From an uncultured Rhodospirillales bacterium (lineage in GTDB: Bacteria > Pseudomonadota > Alphaproteobacteria > Rhodospirillales > Casp-alpha2), in assembly GCA_965602485.1 (NCBI GenBank), contig CBFCYM010000003.1:10205-74204 (forward strand): a stretch of 64,000 nucleotides of DNA, read 5' to 3'. Positions 26,897 through 36,788 of this stretch are shown in pieces. The translations under genes and the position numbers were made by a program. Position 1 is the stretch's first letter, and every line of letters starts with the position of its first letter. The notes below the pieces were generated by a model that made no database searches, had not been told where the DNA came from, and was given only the letters and a program-made list of their open reading frames with translations.

Positions 26897-26918
26897 AATT
26901 ATAGAAATCAATGGGTTA
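26793..26918 (+). repeat. 12-bp direct repeat pair ATCAATGGGTTA (26793-26804 and 26907-26918)
   Basis: The two copies are exact and 114 bp apart. Each lies just downstream of a cluster of the TGTAGACA-type 8-mers, which suggests a degenerate duplicated unit of about 100-115 bp. Confidence 0.85.
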
Positions 26919-27203
26919 CGCAGGTCGCACAGGCATGCTGATACAGCTTGAAACGATTTCTTGCGATCAAACCATCATGCCCACACCATTATATATGGAC
27001 GTGGGGCAACGGTGAACGCCACTGATTTACCTTGTTAAAAAGCGATAAAAGGAATAAAAGCATAAATAAGGTTAAAAGTCAAGCGCTGAGTGTGGCGCAA
27101 TGACGATAATGGTGTCTAGAAATTTAGGGGCAATTCAAAACGATCAATAGAAGTTAAAGTGCACTGTCACTGTAATCTTATCAAATATTAGGGAAAACGG
27201 GCA

Positions 27204-27875
27204 ATGTGGGGATATTTAAAAATTTTGATGGGCTTACTACTGTTGGGGGGGATATCAGCGGATGCCCTAGCGGCGGGACGCTGGCAGCAAGTGGATAACA
27301 AGGCGAACTGTGCAGTTTGGAATAACTATCCACAAGCTGTCGAAACGGTGATTTGGACAGGTGGTTGTGTAGCTCATAAGGCTGGTGGCTATGGCGAACT
27401 AAAGTGGCGGTATCTGGTTGATGAAGAATGGAAAGAGCAGAATTATGAAGGCTTGATGCGGGAGGGGAAGCAACATGGACATGGTATTTACGTGTGGGCG
27501 AATGGCGACAGATATGAAGGTGGTTTTAAGGAAGGCATGCTTCATGGGCATGGTGTTTTTGTGTGGGCGAATGGTGACAGATACGAAGGTGGTTATAAGG
27601 AAGACATGCTTCATGGACATGGTGTTTTTGTGGGGGAGAACGGTGACAAATACGAGGGCGATTACAAGAATGACAAGAAACACGGGCGAGGGGTTTATGT
27701 TTGGTTGAATGGCGACATATTTGATGGAGATTATAGGGGCGGATTTGCAAATGGAAACGGCACGCTAACGCTCAACGGTGAGTCTTTTAGCGGCTATTGG
27801 ACGAATGGATGTTTTAGGCAAGGAAATAGGAGCGCGGCTATAGGAGTGACGATAGAGGCGTGCGGCTTTGAGTAG
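27204..27875 (+). CDS. Secreted MORN-repeat protein
   Basis: 223 aa with a signal peptide (LLLLGGISADALAA). It contains at least five consecutive 23-residue MORN units (YEGxxxxGxxHGxGxxxWxNGDR), for example GDRYEGGFKEGMLHGHGVFVWANGDRYEGGYKEDMLHGHGVF. The gene and its 560-bp upstream region are visibly more AT-rich than their neighbours. Confidence 0.85.
   Translation: MWGYLKILMGLLLLGGISADALAAGRWQQVDNKANCAVWNNYPQAVETVIWTGGCVAHKAGGYGELKWRYLVDEEWKEQNYEGLMREGKQHGHGIYVWANGDRYEGGFKEGMLHGHGVFVWANGDRYEGGYKEDMLHGHGVFVGENGDKYEGDYKNDKKHGRGVYVWLNGDIFDGDYRGGFANGNGTLTLNGESFSGYWTNGCFRQGNRSAAIGVTIEACGFE
27480..27686 (+). repeat. Three tandem 69-bp repeats inside the MORN gene
   Basis: The units start at 27480, 27549 and 27618. 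By my hand alignment, units 1 and 2 match at about 61 of 69 positions. Unit 3 is more diverged. Confidence 0.85.
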
Positions 27876-27876
27876 G

Positions 27877-27905
27877 CCGTAACATTAGGGTTACGGAGGC
27901 AGTTT
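27877..27905 (+). terminator. Probable rho-independent terminator of the MORN gene
   Basis: The hairpin is CCGTAAC-attagg-GTTACGG (27877-27896), followed by AGGCAGTTTTC. It begins immediately after the stop codon. Confidence 0.5.
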
Positions 27906-27931
27906 TCTAAATTAAACGCTCATCGTAATCA

Positions 27932-30910
27932 TCAGGAATCCACCACCGGCTCTCCAACAATACGCTTGAATACGCCGTAGGCCTCATCCGCTGTGGCGCG
28001 GATAACGTCTTCGACACCGCCCAGATTGCTGGCCCCGCCAAGCTTGATGAAGCGCGCTTGCAGGGCGACGGGCATGGCCCCCGCGCCGCCCTTTGGCGCG
28101 TCGGTCTCGATGCTCAGGTGTAGTCGGCTTTGTACGCCCTGCCATAAATCGAGCGCGCGCAACAAAATGTTGGCGTCTTCGTCGGCGAGGCACCCGGCGC
28201 GTTGCAGATTGTTTAGTGCGCGCCACGTATTGGGTGAAAGCACCGCAGGGTTACTTGCGGCGTGGCGCAGTTGCAGATACTGGGTGAGGAATTCCACATC
28301 CACCAATCCGCCGCGCAGGTGTTTGATAGACCACAGCTCGTCCGTGTGATGCTCGGCGTCCATGCGCGCACGCATGTTTGCAACATCGTTGCGCAGGCTA
28401 TCAGGGTCGTGTGGCTGGGCCAGCAGGTCGCGGATGGTATTGTTGACCTGTGCGCGGAAAGCATCGCTGCCGGTCAGCGTGCGCGCGCGGCTCAGCGCCA
28501 TACGTTCCCATGTCCATGCGGTTTCGTGGTGGTACTGAATAAAAGCGTCCAGCGTGCAGGCCAGCGGGCCGGAATTACCCGACGGGCGCAACCGCATGTC
28601 GACCTCGTAAAGCGTGCCTTCGGCTGTCGGCGCGGTGAGCGCGTTGATATAGCGCTGGCCGAGGCGTGCGAAATACTGCGTCGGGCTGAGCGGCTTGTCG
28701 CCGTCCGAGGCGCTTGCGTCGTCGGGAATATCGTAGACAAACACCAGATCAAGGTCCGAGGTTGGCGTCATCTCATGGCCACCCAGCTTGCCAAAGGCGA
28801 TGGTGCAGAACTGTGCGCCGGGAATACGGCCATGGCTGCGGGCGAACTCGTCCTCGACCTGTGGCAGCATGCAGTTCAAGGTGGCCTCGGCCATATCGCT
28901 GAGCGCCCACGCGGCCTTGGGCGCGCTAAGTAGACCATGTAGGTTTTGCAGGCCGATCTGGAATTTCCGGTCATTGGTCCAGCGCCGACAGATATCAAGC
29001 GTATCCTCGAAATACTCGCTGCGCGCCAATTGGGTATTGAGGTGCTCGATGAGCTGTTCAAGTGGCGGCGGCGGGTCGAGGAAGTCCGATGACAACACGC
29101 CGTCGAACAGGGATGGGCGGCGACTGAGCAGTTCAGCCAGTCGCGGTGCTTCACCCATGATTTCAGCCAGCAGATCAAGCAACTGCGGGTTGGAATGCAG
29201 CATGGAAAATAGCTGCACCCCGGCAGGTAGCCCGGCCAGAAATTCATCAAATTTCAAAAATGTTGCATTCGGGTCGGGGGTGTCGCCGAGCGCCTTGAGC
29301 AAAGCCGGTGTCAGTTCGGTCAGCATTTCGCGCGCCCGGGTGGATCGCATGGCGCGGTATCGCCCGTGGTGCCAGCCGCGAATGGCGGCGTCCACGGTTT
29401 CGGGTTGTTGGAAACCAAATTTTGCGATGGTCTCAAGCGTGTCTGGATCGGCGTCGCTGCCGGTGAATACCAGATTGCCGCTGACCGTGCCACCGGCACT
29501 CAGCGCAGGCGCGTCCTGGAACAGTACGCCGTAGTGGGCTTCGACGTTGCCGAGGTGCCCAAGCAGTGTATGTGCAAAGGCGTCACGGTCGGAAAATCCC
29601 ATGAAAATAGACAATTTCTGCATTTCGGCCGATGTCTCGGGCAGGGTCTGGGTCTGCTCGTCATTGACCATCTGCAAACGGTGTTCGCTCTGGCGCAGGA
29701 ACTCATAGGCGCTGATCATTTGCGCTGCTGCTTCGTCCTGCACATGGCCGCATTGCACCAGCGCGTTGAGGGTCGGAACCGTCGCGCACGAGCGCAGATC
29801 TGGCTGCCGACCGCCCCAGATCAATTGCTGGGTCTGGGCAAAAAATTCAATTTCACGAATGCCACCGCGGCCAAGCTTGATGTTATGGCCTTCTACTGCG
29901 ATCTGTTTGCCGCCACGCTGCGCATTGATCTGACGCTTGATGGAGTGGATATCTTGAATGGCGGCGAAGTCGAGGTTCTTGCGCCACACAAACGGCGTTA
30001 GCCATTTCAGGAAATCTTCACCCGCTGCAATGTCACCGGCCACGGCGCGTGCCTTGATCATGGCGGCGCGTTCCCAGTTCTGGCCCTGACTTTCGTAGTA
30101 GACCTCTGCGGCCTGACGTGTGACGGCCAACGGCGTCGCGCCGGGGTCGGGGCGCAACCGCAGATCCGTGCGAAACACGTAACCGTGCGCTGTGCGCTCA
30201 TCCATGATGCGTGAAAGTTCACGTGTCATGCGCACGAATCGTTTTTGCAGGGTTTGCGGTTCAGTGGTGCGAATTTGCTCGGGGTCATACAGCACGATCA
30301 GATCGATATCGCTGGAATAATTCAGTTCGCGTGCGCCAAGTTTGCCCATGGCGAGGATGATGAAACCCGAATCACGTTGCGGGTCATCCTCGTGAGCAAG
30401 TTCGAAATGGCCTTTTTGTGCGCCATCGCGCAGCACCGATGTGCATGCGGCCTGCAGGGTCTGTTCGGCAAATTCCGATAGCCAGTGTGTCACGGTATCG
30501 AGCGACCATAACCCGCTGAGATCGCCCAGCGCGACGCTTAGGGCCAGTTGTTGTTTGGTCCGGCGCAATGCCGTGGGGAGGTCTGTGGCATTGTTTTCTT
30601 TCGTTTTCAGTGCTTTAACGTCATCAATGATGCGCACGACCGTTTCATCGGGGCCGTGTTGCAGCAGTTCCAGCACAAAGGTCGGATCGTTTAGGCAAAC
30701 CTGCGTAAGATAAGGGCTGTTACCGAATATGGCGCCGAGGATACGTTTTGTATCACAATCATCAGTAAGGTTCTCGACCACCTCGGAAAGTTGTTTATTA
30801 TCCAAAGCAGTAGCCCCTTCTCGCCAGCGTGCGAGGCCAAGCTCGAACATGTCAGCATCAGCCGGGGCGGGTAGGTTCGTATTTCGGAATTCATTATAAA
30901 GATCATGCAT
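27932..30910 (-). CDS. glnE: Bifunctional glutamine synthetase adenylyltransferase / adenylyl-removing enzyme
   Basis: 992 aa with two nucleotidyltransferase halves: MGKLGARELNYSSDIDLIVLY and FGKLGGHEMTPTSDLDLVFVY. The GlnE-specific linker is present and the length is typical. Confidence 0.93.
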   Translation of the reverse strand: MHDLYNEFRNTNLPAPADADMFELGLARWREGATALDNKQLSEVVENLTDDCDTKRILGAIFGNSPYLTQVCLNDPTFVLELLQHGPDETVVRIIDDVKALKTKENNATDLPTALRRTKQQLALSVALGDLSGLWSLDTVTHWLSEFAEQTLQAACTSVLRDGAQKGHFELAHEDDPQRDSGFIILAMGKLGARELNYSSDIDLIVLYDPEQIRTTEPQTLQKRFVRMTRELSRIMDERTAHGYVFRTDLRLRPDPGATPLAVTRQAAEVYYESQGQNWERAAMIKARAVAGDIAAGEDFLKWLTPFVWRKNLDFAAIQDIHSIKRQINAQRGGKQIAVEGHNIKLGRGGIREIEFFAQTQQLIWGGRQPDLRSCATVPTLNALVQCGHVQDEAAAQMISAYEFLRQSEHRLQMVNDEQTQTLPETSAEMQKLSIFMGFSDRDAFAHTLLGHLGNVEAHYGVLFQDAPALSAGGTVSGNLVFTGSDADPDTLETIAKFGFQQPETVDAAIRGWHHGRYRAMRSTRAREMLTELTPALLKALGDTPDPNATFLKFDEFLAGLPAGVQLFSMLHSNPQLLDLLAEIMGEAPRLAELLSRRPSLFDGVLSSDFLDPPPPLEQLIEHLNTQLARSEYFEDTLDICRRWTNDRKFQIGLQNLHGLLSAPKAAWALSDMAEATLNCMLPQVEDEFARSHGRIPGAQFCTIAFGKLGGHEMTPTSDLDLVFVYDIPDDASASDGDKPLSPTQYFARLGQRYINALTAPTAEGTLYEVDMRLRPSGNSGPLACTLDAFIQYHHETAWTWERMALSRARTLTGSDAFRAQVNNTIRDLLAQPHDPDSLRNDVANMRARMDAEHHTDELWSIKHLRGGLVDVEFLTQYLQLRHAASNPAVLSPNTWRALNNLQRAGCLADEDANILLRALDLWQGVQSRLHLSIETDAPKGGAGAMPVALQARFIKLGGASNLGGVEDVIRATADEAYGVFKRIVGEPVVDS

Positions 30911-30963
30911 TGCGCAATTGTCGAGTACTCCGCAAAGTGCGTAAAGCGGTTTGACGCAAGAAA

Positions 30964-33900
30964 ATGCAATTGCGCTGGAGAAATAAGGCGTTGATAAGAC
31001 GTACCGTCAAAGGTCTGGTTCAGACACTTGCCGCATTTGGCGCTGGTTTGGCTATCTCCGTACTGGCGGTGGCCTGGGTGTTGTCGCGCGGGCCGATCTC
31101 GCTGGGCTTTGTGACGCCACATATCAATGCCCTGATCAATGACGCATTGCCTTCCGTCGAGGCCGAGTTCGATGACACGATTCTGACCTGGGCCGGGTGG
31201 GAACGCAAGGTTGATATCCGGGTTATCAACCTGCGTGTGCGTGCTGATGATCAGGCCGCTGTCATACAGGTTCCCGAAGTTGCCTTTTCCATCAGCACAT
31301 GGGCTTTGCTCAATGGTGTTGTCGCACCGGCGTCTATCGAACTGTTCGGGCCAACCTTGCACGTCGCGCGTGAAACAGATGGTCGCGTCAATCTGGCGCT
31401 GGCCGGGGCAGGGGCCTTGGCGACAGGGCAATTGGAGCCGCTGCTGACGCGATTGTCGCAGCCACCCAGCCCAACCGACCCGTTCAGCTACCTGCATCGT
31501 ATTACGGTCACGGATGCTGATCTGATTATCGAGGGCACCGGGGCAGGTCGTTCATGGGTAACACCCGATACACAGCTTAGCCTGCTGCGTGATGGTAATC
31601 GTGTTGATGGTGAAATGTCATTCCTGCTCGATCTGGGGGACAGCGTGGCTGAAATATCCATGGCAGGCACCTATGACGGCGAAACACGTCGGATTGATGC
31701 GGGGATTTCATTTGGCCAGATGATGCCCTCGGTGCTTGCCGAGGTTGCTGAGGAAGCAAATTTCCTGCGCTTTATCGAATTCCCTGTGCAGGGCACTGTG
31801 ACCATCGCCGCCAGTGTCGAAGGCGAACTGGAAAGTATCGGCTTTGATCTGCAAGGCGAGGCCGGGCCGATCCGCTTGCCAGCACCATTTAGCGGTACGT
31901 TGCAGGCGCGCGATCTGACCTTTAACGGATATTACGATGCCGTCGTCAGTCGTCTGGAAGTCGCCGAACTAAACGCGCGTTTGCAGCCGGGCGAACACAT
32001 TGCAGTCCCGGCACCGTTCAGCAAAACCTATCCGGTTTCACAACTACGGTTTAACGGTGCATATGATGCACCGCAGGGACGTCTTGAGGTTGGCGCACTG
32101 GACCTCCAGCTTTCTGATCGTATCTCGGTATCGTTGAGCGGGTTAATTGATGACCTGACGGTTGATCCGATGGTCTCGCTTGAAGTCAAAATCCCCTCGA
32201 TGCGCGCGGCGGAAATCCCGGACTATTGGCCCGAAAGCATTTTAGATGATGCGCGTGCCTGGGTGGTTTCAAGCGTGCTGGCTGGCGAAGCACGAGATTT
32301 TCATGTTGCGTTTGAAGGCGCCGTGCATGAGACGGGGGTTGATGTTTCCCGCATGGACGGTGGGTTTGGCATTCACGATGCCCGGATTAACTATGTCGGG
32401 GCCATGCCGGATGTAACCGGTGGTAATGGCACGGTGACCTTTAATCGCGACAGGCTCGATGTGGATATTGCGTCTGGTACGTCGTCGGGCATGGATATTC
32501 AAGGTGGCCGGGTCTCGCTCATCGGTCTGGCCGGGAACAAGGAGCGCGCCGAAATACGCGCTACGGTCAGCGGGCCGTTTCGCAGCGCCATGGCACTGAT
32601 TGACCGCGAGCCATTGGGCTTCGCCCATAAGATCGGTATGGCACCTGATGATGTCAGCGGTACCATCGAAGCTGACCTGACATTTGATTTTGCGCTAACG
32701 CATGACCTTGATTGGGGCGGGGTTAATGCCTCGGCACTGGCGAGCGGACAGGACATCAGTATCCCTGGTGGGTTGTTTGGTCTCGACATCACGAACGGCA
32801 CACTGGATATGGCCGTTGATCATGCCGGGATGGATGTTACCGGCGAGATGCTGCTGGAAAACTTCCCCACGGTTATCACGTGGCGCCAGAACTTTACGTC
32901 TGATACGGCGTTTAAGAACTATTACACGCTGGCGAGCCATGTGACCGATGTTCAGAATATTTCTGATCTGGGAATCGATATAAGTCCATTTTCCGCCGAC
33001 ATGATCCGCGGCGAGGTGCCGCTCAATGTCGAGGTCACAGAAGCGCATGACGGGACCTCGAAGCTTGATGCTGTGGCAGAACTTGATGGTGTGTCACTGA
33101 GCGCGCCGGCCATTAACTGGTACAAGGATTCCGGTGCGCCCGGACAGGCGGTGGTTCGTATTGAAATCGAGAATAACGCCGTTGCGGCCATTCCGGAATT
33201 TGTCGTGCAGACCGATGATTTGGTGGTCGCGGGATCAGCGCATTATTCCGACACCAGTGGAAAACTTGATCGCATTGAGTTGAGCCGTGTGAAGCATGGC
33301 CGCACGGACATGTCGGGGCTGCTTGTGCCGGGCGTTGCGGCGGGCACATGGGACGCGGACTTCAAGGGCACTGAGCTGGACCTGTCCCCGGTGTGGGAGG
33401 ACATCATCTATGGTGATCTGCTTGGTTCGGGTAAGAGCATTCTGGAAAATATCAGCGTTTCGGCACAGTTTGACCGAGTATGGTTGTCCTATGACCTGTT
33501 TCTTGATCAGTTGACCGGGGCTTTTGTGCGTGCCGATGAACTGTGGCGGACCATCTATATCACCACCCGTGTTGAGAACGGCAGTCCGCTGGAAATCAAG
33601 CTGACACCTTCAGAAACCGGCGCCGGGCGTATTCTGACAGCTTGGTCTGGTGATGCGGGTGCCGTGTTCCGTACCCTTGGTATCTATGACCCGATGGTTG
33701 GTGGTGATCTGACTCTGACCGGACGGTTTGATGACGCGTTACCGCACCATCCGTTACGCGGCGTGTTAGAGGTCGGCACCTACCGTATCACCGATGCGCC
33801 TGCATTGGCGCAAATGGTCAGTCTGATGGCCCTGACCGGTATTCTTGAATCCATGCAGGGTGATGGGCTGGCCTTTAGTCAGCTGATATTGCCGTTCGAA

Positions 33901-34278
33901 TATGCCGAAGGCGTTCTTGCTGTAAGCGATGCCAAGGCCAGTGGTCCGTCACTCGGCTTCACTGCGGAGGGCAAGGTCTACACCCATGCCAACGCCATTG
34001 ATGTCAGCGGAACGGTCGTGCCGATCTATGCGCTCAATAGCATGCTCGGCAATATTCCGCTGATCGGTAGCATCTTCTCGGGCGGGGAAGAAGGTGGTGG
34101 CCTGTTCGCAGCCGGTTACACCATGACCGGTTCGCTGGAAGACCCCGAGGTTTCGGTCAATCCGCTTAGCATGTTGGCCCCGGGCTTCCTACGCAATATT
34201 TTCGACATTTTCGAAGGTGCAGGCGACCCGACAACCGCCGATCGTGACGATGACGGGTTCAGCAAGAAAAAAGAATAG
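30964..34278 (+). CDS. YhdP/AsmA-like large envelope protein (DUF3971 + AsmA-like C-terminal region)
   Basis: 1104 aa with an N-terminal TM anchor (LAAFGAGLAISVLAVAWVL) and a long beta-rich repetitive body. The C-terminal motif is YTMTGSLEDPEVSVNPLSMLAPGFLRNIF. Confidence 0.7.
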   Translation: MQLRWRNKALIRRTVKGLVQTLAAFGAGLAISVLAVAWVLSRGPISLGFVTPHINALINDALPSVEAEFDDTILTWAGWERKVDIRVINLRVRADDQAAVIQVPEVAFSISTWALLNGVVAPASIELFGPTLHVARETDGRVNLALAGAGALATGQLEPLLTRLSQPPSPTDPFSYLHRITVTDADLIIEGTGAGRSWVTPDTQLSLLRDGNRVDGEMSFLLDLGDSVAEISMAGTYDGETRRIDAGISFGQMMPSVLAEVAEEANFLRFIEFPVQGTVTIAASVEGELESIGFDLQGEAGPIRLPAPFSGTLQARDLTFNGYYDAVVSRLEVAELNARLQPGEHIAVPAPFSKTYPVSQLRFNGAYDAPQGRLEVGALDLQLSDRISVSLSGLIDDLTVDPMVSLEVKIPSMRAAEIPDYWPESILDDARAWVVSSVLAGEARDFHVAFEGAVHETGVDVSRMDGGFGIHDARINYVGAMPDVTGGNGTVTFNRDRLDVDIASGTSSGMDIQGGRVSLIGLAGNKERAEIRATVSGPFRSAMALIDREPLGFAHKIGMAPDDVSGTIEADLTFDFALTHDLDWGGVNASALASGQDISIPGGLFGLDITNGTLDMAVDHAGMDVTGEMLLENFPTVITWRQNFTSDTAFKNYYTLASHVTDVQNISDLGIDISPFSADMIRGEVPLNVEVTEAHDGTSKLDAVAELDGVSLSAPAINWYKDSGAPGQAVVRIEIENNAVAAIPEFVVQTDDLVVAGSAHYSDTSGKLDRIELSRVKHGRTDMSGLLVPGVAAGTWDADFKGTELDLSPVWEDIIYGDLLGSGKSILENISVSAQFDRVWLSYDLFLDQLTGAFVRADELWRTIYITTRVENGSPLEIKLTPSETGAGRILTAWSGDAGAVFRTLGIYDPMVGGDLTLTGRFDDALPHHPLRGVLEVGTYRITDAPALAQMVSLMALTGILESMQGDGLAFSQLILPFEYAEGVLAVSDAKASGPSLGFTAEGKVYTHANAIDVSGTVVPIYALNSMLGNIPLIGSIFSGGEEGGGLFAAGYTMTGSLEDPEVSVNPLSMLAPGFLRNIFDIFEGAGDPTTADRDDDGFSKKKE

Positions 34279-34299
34279 GTGCTGATGCGCCAGCACTGA

Positions 34300-35553
34300 T
34301 TATATAACGCGCACCAGCGCGTGGCGCTTCTTGCCTGCAGATAGCTTGATGACACCCTCTGCGTTCATGTCGGCCAAGGTGATGGCCTGGGTCTCGTTGC
34401 TGATGGCAACGTCGTTGAGTTTGCCACCGCCACCCTTGATCAGGCGGCGTGCTTCGCTGCTGCTGGTCGCCAGACCGGCCTGACGCAGCAGTTCGTATGC
34501 CGCCACGCCGGCTTCCAGCGTTGCGCGGTCCACATTGATTGACGGCAGGTCATTGCCCAGTGTGCCTTCCTCGAAGGTCTTGCGCGCGGTTTCGGCGGCC
34601 TGCTCGGCAGCTTCCGCACCATGGCACAGGGCCGTCACCGCGTTGGCGAGGACTTTCTTGGCGTCGTTCAGTTCAACACCCTGCAAGGCTTCAAGTCGGA
34701 CGATCTCGTCTTCGCTGATTTCCGTGAACAGGCGCAGGAAGCGGCCAACGTCGGCGTCTTCGGTGTTGCGCCAGTATTGCCAGTAGTCATAGGGCGACAG
34801 CATGTCGGCGTTGAGCCAGATGGCACCGTCGGCGCTCTTGCCCATTTTTGCGCCCGAGGACGTTGTCAGCAATGGCGAGGTCAGGCCGAACAAGCCGCGT
34901 TCATCGACCCGGCGGCCCAGTTCAACACCGTTGATGATGTTGCCCCATTGGTCCGAACCACCCATTTGCAGGATGCAGTCATGACGACGCGAAAGCTCAA
35001 GGAAGTCGTAGGCCTGTAAAATCATATAGTTGAATTCGAGGAACGTCAGTGGTTGCTCACGTTCCAGCCGCAATTTGACACTATCAAAGCCCAGCATGCG
35101 ATTGACGGAAAAATGCCGTCCGAAGTCGCGCAGGAACGCGATGTATTCCAGTTTGTCGAGCCAGTCGGCGTTGTTGACCATGACAGCATCTGTCGGACCA
35201 TCGCCGAACGTCAGGTAGCGCGAAAAGACCTGCTTGATGCCGCCCATGTTGGCGGCAATAGCCTCGTCGGTTAGCACCTTGCGGGTTTCATCCTTGCCCG
35301 ACGGATCGCCAACCCGCGTGGTGCCGCCGCCCATGAGAACGATGGGCTTGTGGCCGCTCTTTTGCAGCCAGCGCAATAGCATGATCGGCAACAGGCTACC
35401 GGCGTGCAGGCTTGATGCCGTGCAATCAAAACCGATATAGGCCGTGACAATGCCACCGGCAGCGCGTTCATCGAGCGCTTCGAGATCGGTGCACTGGTGC
35501 AAAAACCCGCGTTCGCTAACGGTACGGATGAAATCTGATTTGTATGTTGTCAT
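34300..35553 (-). CDS. tyrS: Tyrosine--tRNA ligase
   Basis: 417 aa. The HIGH-type region is [17 protein letters not shown], the KMSKS-type motif is KMGKS, and a C-terminal S4-like domain is present. Confidence 0.93.
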   Translation of the reverse strand: MTTYKSDFIRTVSERGFLHQCTDLEALDERAAGGIVTAYIGFDCTASSLHAGSLLPIMLLRWLQKSGHKPIVLMGGGTTRVGDPSGKDETRKVLTDEAIAANMGGIKQVFSRYLTFGDGPTDAVMVNNADWLDKLEYIAFLRDFGRHFSVNRMLGFDSVKLRLEREQPLTFLEFNYMILQAYDFLELSRRHDCILQMGGSDQWGNIINGVELGRRVDERGLFGLTSPLLTTSSGAKMGKSADGAIWLNADMLSPYDYWQYWRNTEDADVGRFLRLFTEISEDEIVRLEALQGVELNDAKKVLANAVTALCHGAEAAEQAAETARKTFEEGTLGNDLPSINVDRATLEAGVAAYELLRQAGLATSSSEARRLIKGGGGKLNDVAISNETQAITLADMNAEGVIKLSAGKKRHALVRVI

Positions 35554-35663
35554 GGTTCGTGCTTTTTCCTGCTGCCACGGGTTTATGATATCGCTGGCGC
35601 AAGCGCAATCCCGTGTGGTCTCTTATAGACTGGTTGCGGACACACTTAAGGGCATTTGTGACA

Positions 35664-36761
35664 ATGCGAAAGACTCTTTGCGCGATTGGTTTGATGAGCG
35701 GCACGTCTATGGATGGTGTTGATGCGGCATTGATAGAGACCGACGGCGAAATAATATCGACCTTCGGGCCAAGTTCGTTCGTGCCCTATAGCCCGGGTTT
35801 TGTTGATGCTTTGCGCGCCTTACAGGGCCCAAACCCTGAAACTGCACCACATTTTGCGCATCTGGTTGGTGAACTGACGGCGCTGCACGGTGACGCGGTA
35901 CAGAAACTGCTCGATGAGAATGCGATTTCAGCCGAGGCCGTGGATGTTGTCGGCTTTCATGGCCAGACCGTCTATCACGCGCCGGGCGATGGTATCACCA
36001 TTCAGCTTGGCGATGGGCAGGCGCTGGCTTCGCGCACCGGGATTCGCGTGGTTGCAGATTTCCGCAGCGCCGATGTGGCCGCAGGCGGGCAAGGCGCACC
36101 GCTGGTGCCGCTATATCATGCTGCGTTGGCCCATGATCTCGAACGGCCGCTGGCAGTCCTCAATATCGGCGGCGTTGCCAATGTGACGTGGCTGGGCGGG
36201 GGCGGGGGTGATGGTGATGACATTCTGGCGTTTGATACCGGGCCGGGCAATGCGCTGATTGATGACTGGGTGCACCAGCATACAGGCGCGAGCCGTGATG
36301 AAGGCGGTCAACTGGCCGCTGGCGGCTGGGCAAACGGACAGGCGCTTGGTGTGTTACTCGATGATGCGTTTTTTCAGGAATTGCCGCCGAAATCACTGGA
36401 CCGTAACCGGTTTGATCCAGGCCCTGTTGCCGGGCTTTCGGTTGAGGACGGTGCCGCGACATTAACGGCGTTCAGTGCGCAGGCCGTGGCGCGTGCCGTG
36501 GAATTCATGCCGCAAGCACCTCGGCGCTGGCTGGTGTGCGGTGGCGGGCGGCACAATGGTGCGCTAATGGACGCCCTGCGCGGCGTCCTTGAAGTGCCGG
36601 TCGATCCGGTGGAAGCTGTTGGCTGGCAGGGCGATGAGCTTGAGGCTCAGGCCTTTGCCTTTCTCGCCGTGCGCGCGCTTGATGGCAGGCCGCTTAGCCT
36701 GCCCACCACCACAGGCGTCGGCGCGCCGACAAGCGGCGGCCGGATCTTTGATCCTGCATAA
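35664..36761 (+). CDS. anmK: Anhydro-N-acetylmuramic acid kinase
   Basis: ORF 35613..36761. The ATG at 35664 gives MRKTLCAIGLMSGTSMDGVDAALIETDG, which is the hallmark AnmK N-terminus. Confidence 0.9.
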   Translation: MRKTLCAIGLMSGTSMDGVDAALIETDGEIISTFGPSSFVPYSPGFVDALRALQGPNPETAPHFAHLVGELTALHGDAVQKLLDENAISAEAVDVVGFHGQTVYHAPGDGITIQLGDGQALASRTGIRVVADFRSADVAAGGQGAPLVPLYHAALAHDLERPLAVLNIGGVANVTWLGGGGGDGDDILAFDTGPGNALIDDWVHQHTGASRDEGGQLAAGGWANGQALGVLLDDAFFQELPPKSLDRNRFDPGPVAGLSVEDGAATLTAFSAQAVARAVEFMPQAPRRWLVCGGGRHNGALMDALRGVLEVPVDPVEAVGWQGDELEAQAFAFLAVRALDGRPLSLPTTTGVGAPTSGGRIFDPA

Positions 36762-36788
36762 ATACGCAGGCCCGTTGGTGCCGCCAGA

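Noticed and set aside
26741-26941. The 66-aa ORF (TTG start) spanning the TGTAGACA repeat array.
   Set aside because: It has no Shine-Dalgarno sequence. Its composition is driven by the repeats, and I recognise no family. It is treated as non-coding.
27399-27750. Antisense and alternative-frame ORFs inside the MORN gene (27399..27683, 27475..27708 and 27526..27750).
   Set aside because: They are artefacts of the 69-bp tandem repeats keeping several frames open. Only the plus-strand frame starting at 27204 has a signal peptide and MORN units.
30691-31497. The 268-aa minus-strand ORF bridging the glnE start and the YhdP-like gene.
   Set aside because: It overlaps two well-supported genes and their 53-bp intergenic gap, and its translation shows no motifs.
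34279-34296. The short hairpin GTGCTG-atgcgc-CAGCAC between the YhdP-like gene and tyrS, considered as a bidirectional terminator.
   Set aside because: The stem is only 6 bp and there are no flanking T or A runs. That is too weak to call.
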